Positions 14,001 through 27,300 of a DNA stretch of 64,000 nt are shown here, in pieces. The stretch covers positions 175,274,001 through 175,338,000 of the forward strand of contig NC_042998.1 of NCBI RefSeq assembly GCF_006345805.1. Reading direction: 5' to 3'. Positions within the stretch are counted from its first letter, which is position 1. Each line of letters starts with the position of its first letter. The stretch is from Octopus sinensis. Its lineage: Eukaryota. The notes below the pieces were generated by a model. It was not told where the DNA came from, searched no databases, and saw nothing but the letters and a program-made list of their open reading frames with translations. The translations under genes were made by a program, and so were the position numbers.

Positions 14001-14453
14001 TCGCGGAAGAGGTCGAAACAGAGGGAGAGACAATGTTGTACAGTCACATTCCATTTTTGAACAAGGTCCCTCTGGGGAGTTTCTTTCTCGGCATAGTAAG
14101 TTATTTTCTTTTGTTTTTTTTTTTATCTTTTGTTACAGCTCAAATTGAATGCGTTTGATTTTGATATTGCAACAGTTCAGTATATTTTTTATCTGTCTAT
14201 TCTTGGGTGTCTTATGTTACATCCTACAGTTTAGAAATAAACATACATCATATACCATCAACCCATTATTATTTAGGGTATGAGACGTTTTAGTGCAACT
14301 GTTTTGGCATAATTGATTCAACATTGACTTATTTGACATGAGATAATAATAATAATAATAATAATAATGAAATTATTGTATACAGTGCTCAGGTGCACCA
14401 CAACTTGTCAGAAAGTGCGTATAAAGTATAAAGATGTTTTAATGTATCTCTTG

Positions 14454-14494
<41 letters not shown>

Positions 14495-17400
14495 CTCTCC
14501 CTCTCTCTCTCTCTCTCTTTGTAAATATCTTTTTCTTTATTGTATAAGGAGAGGGTAAAGTGTTAATGTCAATCATGTTCAATTAATAAATTGTAATCAC
14601 TCTCTTTCTCACACTCTTTCTATCTGTATGTGCATATTTCTACATGTGTGTGTGAGGGGTGGGATGGGGGATTGCCTCCAGCACCAAAAAGTACTGTTGT
14701 CTCATTCCATTATTATTATTCTTGCAGGAGCTCCATCTTATTCCTCTGGTGATGGTGGTGGTGGTGGTGGTGGTGGAGGAGGAGGAGGTGGCTCCAAGAT
14801 GTATAAGTCATCTATTAATAAAAGAGAAAATAAAGAAGAAACAAAGAGATTACTTGACAAACTCCTAAAGGATGATGTAAGTCAGTTTTATTGTTGACTA
14901 GCTTGAGTAGCTTATCATTGCCAGGCAATTTTCGCAATAAAATGCCTTTCTATATTTGAGAGATGAGGAATTATGTATATTATTTGTCCTCATCTTGATT
15001 GTTGTTAACACCACGTTTCAGCCGATGTACTCTCCAGCCTTCATCAGGTGTCCTGGGGGGAATTTCGAACCTGGGTTCTCATTCCTAAGGTATTTTTCTG
15101 ATGTTATTATTCAGGTCACTGACTGGAATCGAATTTGGAATCTTGGGATTAGTAGCCTACGTTCTTAACCAATATGCCATATGCCTTAGGAATGAGAACC
15201 CAGGTTCGAAATTCCCCCAGGACACCTGATGAAGACTGGAGAGTATATCAGCCGAAACGTTGTGTTAACAATAAACAAGACGAGCACAAATATCCGTCAG
15301 ATGTAAATAATGTAGAATGCCTTTATTTCAATTTTTTTATTCCAGGTCAGATTGTGTCTTCCCGATGGATAGGCCTCTTGATTGGGACAGATTTTTGCAT
15401 CATTTGGGGCAATTTTTGTCTCAATAAATGGAGATTTTTGTTTTTCTATTTGGTACATAAACATAAAGATTTTTCTTACTTCCGACTCTTGAATGTAAAG
15501 CTGACCATAGGTGAAGCAAGGCTCGAATCTTTTCAGTTTGAATGGCAGTTTTTAACATAATTTCTAGGTAACTAAAAAATTTTAAACTTCGTATACTGGT
15601 AGAATGTGTTTATAAAACATCTTTTTCTCTTGGCTTTATTGAGAAAATTCTATAGTTTGTAAGATATTTGTTGTTTTTTTTTTCTTCAATTTCTGCAATT
15701 TCAACCAATCAGTGACGTCTATTGAGTTAAAAAGCATTCTGTGCCGTATGAATATGTCCCTCGTTTAAGAAACAGATTGGGTTTATTTACATTTGTGAAG
15801 AAAAAAAGATACCCTTCCCCCCACCCCTAACACTAACTAACCCTAACCCTAAAAGAGATTGAAATGCAATAGATCGATTCTAGGGTCATAATTATGGGTG
15901 ACAATTTCATATGACACCGCTGAGATCGTATGACGGAGGCTGTGTTCGCATATCATCAAGAGTCTATTCATTCTCTATTCAGGTGTCTCCTGAGCTTGCT
16001 GCTGACACTGTGAGGGTCTTTTAACTCGGTCACCCTAATGGAATTCCTTATACACATGCACATACACACACTAAACGTGTGTGATATACAGAGAGAGAGA
16101 GAGAGGTAAATATATATAGAAAGGGGGAAGTTTACACTGAGAAAAGCATAAAAGATGGAAAGACATAGGTAGACAGGTAGAGAAAGGTACACAAACAGAC
16201 ATGCTCATCTGTAACCAAGTACTTTCTCCTTGGGATGCTGATTTCAAAAATCAAATCTGTTTTTCTCTAGGACACACCATTTCAGAGCCTTTTGATGACA
16301 TGCACATATACATACACTCTTACACTCTCACTTATATGGTAGATATATGCTAAAATAGAATGACAGAGCATCATTTTTTCTTTTCAGAATTGTATGAGAC
16401 ACCATCATTTTAATGTGCATTTTCCATGGGTTGACAGAGTGTATAATGTGGTATTTTCTATGTATCTTGATTCTGTACAACTTCATTCATAAAATTTAAC
16501 TTTTTAAACCTCAATCAAATTATTAACCTGGAAAGATTTATGGCCCATCAACTTTGTGTTGCATTAAAAGGATGAGAATTAGCCCTCAAAAGCCATTGTT
16601 TAAAAAAAATACTATCTGAAACCTACCCCTTGTAATGGGCTGGAATTCAGAAGGTATATTTCTAAACAATGTACCTAGTTGGCTAACTAGCCAGATCAGC
16701 CCTGACCAGAGGCATTCCAGCCATGACTATCCCATTTTTTCAGACAATGTACGTATGACTATGTCATTCAGTGGTTTCTCTTTTTGAAATTGTTGTATGA
16801 GATTTGACTGCAATTTCTAGCAGATAATGCAGCCATATAGATGTTCTCTTGACATCTTAAGTTGTCTAATGTTTTATTTATATGTTTGTCAGTTTATAGA
16901 ACCATGTGGGATAGATGATGACGGTATGCAGCCTGTGCAGCTCCCTTTCACTTGCAAACTTGAAATGAAGGATGAGAAAGAAAATATTGATACCGTACCA
17001 ATTAAAAGTAAGTATTTCAACTTGAACCACTTTAACTAGAGAGCCCACTTTTGTGTTGCTCTACCACTTGTCATCAGCACTGTACTGTGTCCATCTAGCA
17101 GTAAATAGCTACTGTAAACAGCACTGCTTACTATTGTAAGAAGTGGCAACCCTGTATAGCACCAAATATTTCACAGTATTCTGGTGCATTTTTTCATGGC
17201 ACACCACTGTAGAAACTGTCTTGCCCTCAGAAAGACAAAAGATACCTCATAACCTAGTTTTGTCTCTGCTCCATTTTCCAACCACTTCACAGAGTGTACT
17301 GGGTATTTTTCATTGCACCAGCATTAATGAGGTTGCCTTGTAAGTTACTAGGCTAAATAGCTCCCATGACTGAGAGAGAGAATAGGAGATGGGGTGGTGA

Positions 17401-18340
17401 TTTTAGGCAAGCTGTCGAAAAATTTAAGTATGATGAGAGGGGTGGTAGGGAAGAGACTAACAAAGACAAGGTGAGGGAAAGGAGTAAAAGAGAAATAGTT
17501 GTGTCAGGGGTTTAGTCAGAGACTAATAAGGAGGACAGTGATGTGGTTTGAGTAGGCAGAGCTTCAGGGAACCTTGAATCTCTTCTTACTATATTATTTA
17601 TGGATGGGGGTGGGTAGCAGAATGGTGCATGAAAGAAATAAAAAAATAATTGTGATGAAGATCCAGAGTGTAATATGTCCAAGAAGGTGAATAGAAGAAA
17701 GTGTAGTGATAGAATAATTAACAAGTGTGAGTGAAGATTGCAAGGGGATACATAGAGGAGAGTGAGTGATGGTTAGAAGTAAAAGTGGCAGTGGTCAAAA
17801 GTAAATAGCAGGTGAAGGTAATCAGTGGTAAATAGGGATGATGGTGTGTAATCGTAAATAGGAACAGGTAAGAAGTCGGTGGTAGGAATGAGAGATGGAT
17901 GTCAATAGGAATTGATTCGGGAGAGGGAGTGATGACCGGCAATACCAAAAATGTAATGATATATGAAATAAATATTTCTGCTTCCATTATTAATAGCAGC
18001 AGAATAATTCAGCAGTTCGACACATAAAAGGTGCCCATGCCAGTGACATGTAAAAGGCACCCAGTACACACTGTAAAGTGGTTGGTGTTAGGAAGGGCAT
18101 CCAGCCATAGAAACCTTGCCAAAACAGATGACTGGAGCCTGGTGCAACTCTCCAGCTTAGCAGTGCCAGTCAAAACATCTAACCCATGCCAGCATGGAAA
18201 ACAGACGTTAAATGATGATGGCAGCGGCTATATACTGTTCTCATACACTGTTCACTTTCCAGACATTTGTACATTACTGCATATGCTTTATACGCACTTT
18301 TGACAAGTTGTGGTGCATCTGAGCACTGTATACAATAATT

Positions 18341-18371
<31 letters not shown>

Positions 18372-21300
18372 ACAGATGTAAGAGGAAACGTCACTATCTT
18401 GGAAAGGATCAGTTATAACTATTTATTATAGTGTGAAGACTATTCTCTGTTTACACTTCATGTTTCATGATTTTTTACAAATGCTACCATTGATCGCCAA
18501 GGAAACATGGATATCAGTTTAAAAAAGGAAGAATAAGGTCATATATCATCATTTAACATCCGTTTTCCATGTTGGCATGGGTTGGAGTGATTGTCACAAG
18601 CTGGCCAGCTGAAGAGCTGTCCAGGTTCCATGTCTGTTTTGGCATGGTTTCTATGGCTGGACACCCTTCCTAATGCCAACCACTTTACAGAGCATACTTG
18701 GAGCTTTTACAAAGCACAGGTGCGTTTATGTAGCTCTGGTATATGTGCTTTTTATGTGGCACCCATGAGCTGCAAGATTAAGAATGCTCAACTGGAGAGA
18801 GATGCTGGGGACAAGCCTGTATGCAAGGACAACCATGCTTTTACTTAGCTTGACATATCTTTTCAAGTACAGCAAACCACCAAGAATCTTGGCCCCCTGT
18901 CATCTCCTCTGTGAGTCCCAACATCTGTAGTCACAACCCATGTCTCATTGCCATGTTGCATAGCTGTTTGTACACAAGCATCATACATTCTGCCTTTCAC
19001 TCTGAGGGAAAGGCCCTTCATTACTAACAGAGTTGTAGCTTTCTGAACTTCACCCAGCCTATTCTTATTCTAGCGGCTGTGCTTTTGGAACAAGCTCCCC
19101 CACTACTAACTTGGTCACCTAAGTAACAGAAGCTGTCTACTACTTCTAACGATTCACTTGACATTTGAGGGAGTCTACTTTTTTGTACATTCCTGGTGTT
19201 TAATGTACCTATACATCTGCCACATGTAAAGACTACTTTCTCTGTTAGTCTTCCAGTGGTACTACTGTACCTCTTATATGTTCATATCTTGCACTGGGTT
19301 CACCTCATGGCGATTCTCCCAATACCTTTTCTACATATTGAGCAGGGCCATCTCTCTGCAGGGATCTGTGATTTATCTCTTTTTCTACTTATCAGTACTT
19401 TGGTCTTTGCTAAATTAACTCTAAGATTCTTTGATTCTAGTCCGTGCTTCCATACCTAAATTTCTTCTCTAGTTTTGGGTGTGATTCAGGGATAAGAACA
19501 AGATCTTTGGCATAGGGGAGCTCTCATGGGCAGCCAGTCTTAAATTCCTCAGTTATAGCCTGGAGGATCATGATAAACAAGAGAGGGCTAAGAACTAATC
19601 CCTGGTGGACTCCTACTTGTACACTAAACTCCTTGGTGACTCTCACCTTACTGATAGCGTCTCTGTACATAGCTCTCATTAACCATTCATCTATCCCTAG
19701 CTTGTGCATTTACCACCAGATAAGGGAATGGGAGACCCTGTCAAAGGTTTTCTCCATGTCAACAAATTTGTCTAAGTATTTCTCCTGCAGTTGTCTCACC
19801 AGGAAGATAGCACCAGTGGTACTTCTTCCTGGCACAAATCCAAGCTGCGTCTCATCTATGTTAACTCTCTTCCTAATTAATTGAGCTATAATTCTTTCTG
19901 CAACTTTCGTCACCTGGTCTAGCAATTTGATGCCATTGTAATTATTTCTGTCTAGGGCATCATTCTTGCCTTTGTAGCAGTTGACATTAACCATATGGGT
20001 GATCAAGTCATATCCCAATCTGCCAGATATTTTAAGCATCTCAGCAGTGATTCCTGATGGGCTGAAGGCTTTACTTGTTTTCATATCTTTAATTGCTTTG
20101 TCTACAAGCTGCTGTCATATATCTATCTATCTGTCTGTCTATGTATGTGTGTATGTATTTATGTATACACACACACACACACATAGATGCATATATTATG
20201 ATTTCACATAGGTATAGCAATACTAATTACCAGCTGTTAGAACTCAGTATACATATGTTTTAGAATAAAGCATTGGGTGAGTACAGAGCATAATATTAAT
20301 TAATGAATGACAAGAGAACAAGATTCATGTAATTACATTTACTGGCTTACTGCTGTTTCTGCTATAAGTTGCAGTGCACTCAGATGTGAGTATGTTGTTT
20401 CTTATAGCAGAAACATCTCTAAGATAGTGAAGGTGATTATGTGACTTCTGTTCTCTTATTGTTCATTAATATATATGTGTGTGTGAGGGCGGATGTCTTA
20501 TATTAATTTTGATTTTCGTGTTATTTTAGCTGAACCAAGTGAAGAGAATATGTTTACAGATGCAAAAGCAGCAGAAATAAAAACTGAACAACCATTTCCA
20601 AAACAATCTCCCAGTAAACAAAACACATGTGAACAACTGTTCAGTAAATGTATGAAATCAGGTAAGACCTCTTTACGTTGTTTGGTTTTCATATTGATGT
20701 GTCACTCATTGTGTAAAAGTAACATTGTATCCATATTGTCGAATGTTATCCTTCAATTACTTAATCATTATATCAAATAGAATTAGTTTTCATCAATAAT
20801 TGTATTTCAATCAGCGACTGATACCAAAATATTTATACCAACCCATGGTAGCATGGAAAACGGACGCTAAACGATGATGATGATGATGATAAGTAAGATC
20901 ATCACTGTCTTTCAATAATGCTCTGTGGGCAAAATAATTTAGTTGTTCTAATTTTGACAATCAATCGTCTTGGGTCTCAAAGAACTGAAAGTATTTGTTT
21001 GGCAAATTTTATATGGAACTTGCCAAACAAATACTTTCAGTTCTTCAAGACCAAAGACGATTGATTGCTCTAATTTTTTTGATGTGACAAGGCATAGCCA
21101 GACGTGGACATTTACTTTTGTCTTCAAATTTTACTGGAAATTTCTAAGAGATTTGCTGGAGTAATCACACAAGAAAAAGTGTAAAAAAAAACAAAAAAAC
21201 CTATACTGGTACAACACCAATTTTCCAGACACAGATGATCTAGAATCTCTTATAATCCACACTAATTTATACTATTGTATCCATACTTCATTTAACTATC

Positions 21301-24300
21301 TAAATAAATTTTATTTTTTTATTTATGCGCCCTTATTCAAGCCTAGCCAGGTTCATGGGCCTGTTTCTCAGTTTCTATGGTGTATGCGTTCCCCCCAGTT
21401 GGACAGGATGCCAGTCCATCGCAGCATTACTCAAGAAACAGGAAGAAAGAGTGAGAGAAAGTTGGGGCGAAAGAGTACAACAGGGATCACCACCAGCCCC
21501 TGCCGGAGCCTCGTGGAGCTTTTAGGTGTTTTTGCTCAATAAACACACAACGCCCGGTCTGGGAATCGAAACCGCGATCCTCCGACTACAAGTCCACTGC
21601 CCTAACCACTGGGCCATTGCACCTCCCTTCTAAGTAAATTTAATATTTCAATTTAGAATGTCATGACTTAAGGTGATCATCTCTGGTTTGGAAAAACCAG
21701 CAATCTAGAAAGGCTTTGAAACCAAAATTTCCACAAAAATCAACGTTATAACTGTATTGTGTTTCTTGTCAACAGTGACATTACTGTACTTATAACTTTA
21801 CTGACCCCAATCATTATCTTTCGAGATTCCATACAAAATCTCACATTTTGTGTTTAGTACATCTTAAAAGTTAAAGAACCCATGATGAAAAAATACATGG
21901 AATAAAATGTGTAAAAGTTAGCAGTAGAAAAGCTTTATGTAGTTACTTGATCTTCTGAAAATGGTTACTAAATTTCCTCACGTTGTACCCTACTATCTCA
22001 AAATAGGAGGGAGTCATTAGGCAATTTAATCGTAGATAAGGAAAAGGATGGCTGGGTGAATGCTTTTATCGTAGGTCTGCTCTGCAACAATATATTCAAT
22101 TTATGGTGCTGTGTCTAAGGGGGGTAATTCTGTAAAAAGTTTTTAGTGTGTAGTAAATGAAGACGTTCATCAGGTTAAATGTTTTACAGCTTTCTGAGTT
22201 GGAATTCTGTTTGAGTTAAATTTATTCTTACATATAGAAATAATATTCAGACTTACACGCACACATTTAAACCTTGTAAGTGGGTATGGTACACACATTC
22301 ACATATCTATATAGAGAGTTCAGTCCAGCCCTCTGACGTTAGATCCTGTCAAATTGTCCAACCTATGCCAACAAGGAAACCTCATGTTAAACGATAATGA
22401 TGATCATGAATGTTTATTAATTTTGTCTTTAGTTTTCAACTAAAACAATAGAAACATTTTTTAAAATCTAATTTCTCAAACAACCTTTTTTTTTTCCCCT
22501 GCTTCACAAAAAGCGAACAAATCATATTGCTGAGTTGTACTGACAAAAAAATTAATTTTAGGCTCCACCTGAATCAGGTTATCATCATATACAAATTGCT
22601 TGCTTCCATACTGATTACAATGGAATGGCTCACAATCATAATTTAAAAGGAGCTACAATATACAGTGGGTGTATGTTCTCGCTGCCTTGACCGGCTGAAT
22701 CATTAAAAAGCAGAGACTATGTTCGTATGGGATGGCTGGAATTTGTTGAGGTGGATTTTCTATGTCCAGTTGCCTTTGCTAATGTTAACCATCACCTGAT
22801 TCCAAGCAAGGTAATTTTTCCCCCCATGACCAGACATGTTTTCACAGAAGATTGAAACTGAAGGGTTCTGCTTGCATGACAGTAGTACTCGTTTACAACT
22901 ATTATGCAATGTCAAGACAAAGCAACAGAAACACAAAAGTAAGAACAAAAATGCAAAACAAGGTTGCAAAAAATAGTACTCAAATACCAAAAATAGAGTA
23001 ATATGCTTTTTATTAAAGATGAAAAAAACTTTCATAAACTATTACTCAGTGTTTTGCGTTACTGTTTGTCAGACAGTCTGATTACAGTTGTCCAATGAAC
23101 AGTAACATGTAACTCTGAGTAACAGTTTATGATGATTTTTTTCGACTTTAATAAAATATATACATACACAATTGGCTTCTTTCAGTCTGCCAAATCCACT
23201 CACAAGGGTTTAATCCATCTGGGACTATGGTAAAAGATGTCATGCAGTGGGACTGAACCAAAACCAAGTGGTTAGGAAGCAAACTTATTTCCTTATTACC
23301 CACAAGGGGCTATACACATAGGGGACAAACAAGGACAGACAAAGGGATTAAGTCGATTACATCGGCCCCAGTGCGTAACTGGTACTTAATTTATCGACCT
23401 CGAAAGGACGAAAGGAAAAGTTGACCTCAGCGGAATTTGAACTCATAACATAATGGCAGACGAAATACCGCTAAGTATTTTGCCCGGCGTGCTAATGCTT
23501 CTGCCAGCTCACTTCCTTCCAAGTGGTTAGGAATCAAACTTCTTACCACACAGCCACACCTATAAGGTAAATATGATTACATACCTGAATCTGCAGGTGT
23601 CATGTATGCATCCAACAGATTGAAAAGAAAATGTGTTCCCCATCTGCTAATGAATACAGTTAATTATAAAGTTGATTGCATGAATCCTTTAGGTTTAGAT
23701 ATGTGATCCTATATGCTTTACATATTATAAACATAAATATATTTATATATTTATAAACATAAATAGATGTATTTATATATTTATAAACATAAATATATTA
23801 GCAAACTCTTTGTTCAATACTTCAAATGTTTTCTACTAAAATCTTCAGGTCACTATATTACTATATAAACTTCTACTAATTCTTACTTTAGAACATGGAG
23901 AGCTGCTATTCCTTCAATTACCAGATGTATTACCAGGAGTTCCACCCAACCTAGAAGAGATGCCTAATATAAAAACGGAACCGGGATTACAAGCATCTGA
24001 CCCAAACAAAACCAACTCACAAAGTACATCTGAAGAAGAAGTATGTTGTTTGCTTTTATTTTATTTTTATTTTTATTTTGTTAATTGTTACCAAAGTCAC
24101 CTTACTGATCGTTACCAAAGTCGCCTTACTGGCATGTGTAAAAGGATTCGAGCGAGGTCGTTGCCAGTACCGCCGGCATGGCACCCGTGCCGGTGGCACG
24201 TAAAAAGCACCCACTACACTCTCGGAGTGGTTGGTGTTAGGAAGGGCATCCAGCTGTAGAAACTCTGCCAGATCGAGATTGGAGCCTGGTGCAACCATCT

Positions 24301-27300
24301 GGTTCGCCAGCCCTCAGTCAAAATCGTCCAACCCATGCTAGCATGGAAAGTGGACGATGAACGATGATGATCAGGGTAAAGACAATACCCTTGAGTTTTG
24401 CCAATCACTCTCAGATTGGTGAGATGAATGTAGTGGCTGTCTGCAAGAAAAATGAATGTTGAGAGAATTACTGAGTAAAGTATTTAGAGCTTGGAAATAA
24501 AACATATAAGGTAGGAAATCAAGTAGAGTTGGGTGCATCAAATGGAAAGTGCATGAATTTGCTTGATTAGAAAGTGTATGAACTTGCTTGAAGCCATAGT
24601 CATTGTAGTTGGAGTAATAGAGACTGTTTGGGGAATCAGCACATGTAGCAAATAGAGCCTGTAGTATATGGGAGGATGTCAAGCAGCAGTTGGCCTTCTT
24701 TTGATTATAGTCAACATTTATGAGTATAGAAGTAGCACTATTCCATATATGTAAATAGTACTTTAATGTGGACTTTGAGTTTTGTAGGTGGATCATCACT
24801 AAGTCATGAAGTATTTTTTATCCTTGAAAAGAAAGTCTTATGTTCAGAATTCAGTTTTTGGTTGTGTTATACATGATGTTGCCATGAGAGGTCATCAGAG
24901 ATTGTAAGACCTAGCACTTGTATTAACTGTGACTGCAGCAGCAATCGTGAAATGTTCAAGTGCCTTCAATATGTTATGAGGCTTAGATGGACAACATACA
25001 ACAGTCAAACTTTGTAACCAAAGTAAGGTGATATACATTGTTGGAGGCACCATTTAATGTTCATTTTCCATGCTGGTATGGGTTGAATGATTTGGCAGGA
25101 GCTAGCAAGTAAGAGAACTGCACCAAGATTCAATGCTTGGTTTTGTTGTTTTTTGTTTGTTCCTTCTTGAGCAATGCCTAGCTCATAAGGGCCGGTTTCC
25201 TTGGCGTATAGGTTCCCCACCTGGACAGGATGCCGGTCCGTTGCAGGTGAGCTGCAAGGTGCAGGAGGAAAGAGTGAGAGAAAGTTGTGGCGAAAGAGTC
25301 AGCAGAAGTTTGCCATTACCTTCTGTCAGAGCCATGTGGAGCGTAGGTGTTTCGCTCATAAACACACACATCGCTCGGTCTGAGATTCAAACCTGCGATC
25401 CCTCGACTGCGAGTCCACTGCTCTAACCACTAGGCCATGTGCCTCCACCAATGCCTGGTTTGACATAGTTTCTATGGCTGGATGCCTTTCCATTAGTTAT
25501 GGATTTCCAATGAGTCAATTACTAGGTCATTACGTTTGCAATGGCAAGATTGTCTATGCAACAGGTGGAATAAATATCACAAAAGACTTTGTTCAAAAGA
25601 AGCAGTTTATTAGTTTTGTTGTTGATGTTTGTATCTTTTGTGGATTTACTTTACTGAAAGATGCATATATATGATGGGTTTCCACACAGATTTTATCTCC
25701 CAACACCACTCACAAGGTTGTTGTAAAAGGCACTTTCTCAAGGTGTTGTGCAGTGGAATCGAACCCAGAACTATATGGTTGTAAAGTGAACACAGCCATC
25801 ATTTGAACTATTAATCTAAATGCTTGAAGTACCATTAAACTACATGACCATTGTTGCTCTAAGTGTTTACATGTGAGTAAGTGATTGCTCCTACAACCTT
25901 TAGAAGAATTAGGGATTTAGCTGTAGTGTCTAATTCCAATAATACAGTTAGAATCCATCTCTTCTCTAATAGCCCATGGCAGGGCTTTATAATAATAATG
26001 AAATTATTGTATGCAGTGCTCAGGTGCACTACAACTTGTCAGAAAGTGCATATAAAGTATATGCAGTAATGTACAAATGTCTTGAAAGCGAACAATGTAT
26101 GAGTCAGATACATGCTTGCGTGTGTATGGAGGGGAGAAAATCAGGTGTAGTGTTGGCGAATCTCAGAAAGCATGGAAGTTTTGAAGGATGCAGTGCTCCA
26201 ACAACTAACAACTGATGCCGGCAGTTTGTTCCATGCTTCAGCAACTCTCAGCGTGAAAAAAATGTTTCCTAAAGTCATGGGAGCTGTGCTGTTTTCTGAC
26301 TTTGTAAATATGTCCACGGGTGTTAGACAGGTGGAGTTTGAAAAGGTGCTCAGAGTTATTATTTTTCTCTGATACTACAGGGTAATGAAGTAGTTGTCAG
26401 TTATTAGGAGCACCCATTATTTACAACAATGAGCTGAGTCTGATAGTGGCCCCTATTTATAGTAGGGCAAATGAACCAGTGAGAAATGTCTTTACTTGAG
26501 ACACAGACTGATAACTATTAAACCTGAAGGCTGGCAGATGAACACTTTGGTCAAATGCAACTCTAAGTTTATCATTAATATTTTAATAAAGAGTAAGTTG
26601 TGTGAATAGAGGTGGATGTGTGTGTGTGTGCGTGCAGCACACACACACAGTAGTAGTCAGAGGATATCAGTTGCTGGAAGGTGGGGAGTCACTTCTAACA
26701 ATTTGTATTTTTTTCTTCAATTCACTATTAACATGTGTAATATTTCCATGAATGCACAATAGCCACTTATAATCATTATTGTTCATTAAATTTAAATCAA
26801 TATTTTCTACTATGTTAACTATGTACCACTTTTTTTTCAATTTAGTTGTGTCCTCATTATTAATTTTATTATTACTATGAAAGCAGTAGATCATCTACTT
26901 AATATACAACAGCATTTAGTTTCATTCCTCTATGTGCTGAGTTCAAATCCTGCCTGAATTTGTTGTAACATTTTTTTTATCTATTTAGGGTCAATAAAAT
27001 AAAAATCAACCATGTACTAGAACTGATTTAATCAACTTAGCCCCAACTCCCTATACATATGTGACCTCGTTTAAAAAATCATTATTTCTCCTGTTGTTTT
27101 TTGTAAAAAGTTTTATCTGTAAAGCAGAACATATTGATTTTGAATATAGGCATACAAACATAGACAATTATATTGAGTGTTGTAATGACTGGTACAATTC
27201 TTTATATAAATAATCTATATGGGTTCATCATCATCATTTTTTAATACCTTTTTTCCATCCTGGCATGGGTTAGACTATCTTGTTAATATCTTCTAAGATG

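Noticed and set aside
15825-15851. Telomere or chromosome fusion site
   Set aside because: Only a few CCCTAA units, internal to a MITE that recurs at 32437.
23715-23785. 26-bp AT-rich tandem repeat
   Set aside because: Ordinary slippage-derived minisatellite in an intron.
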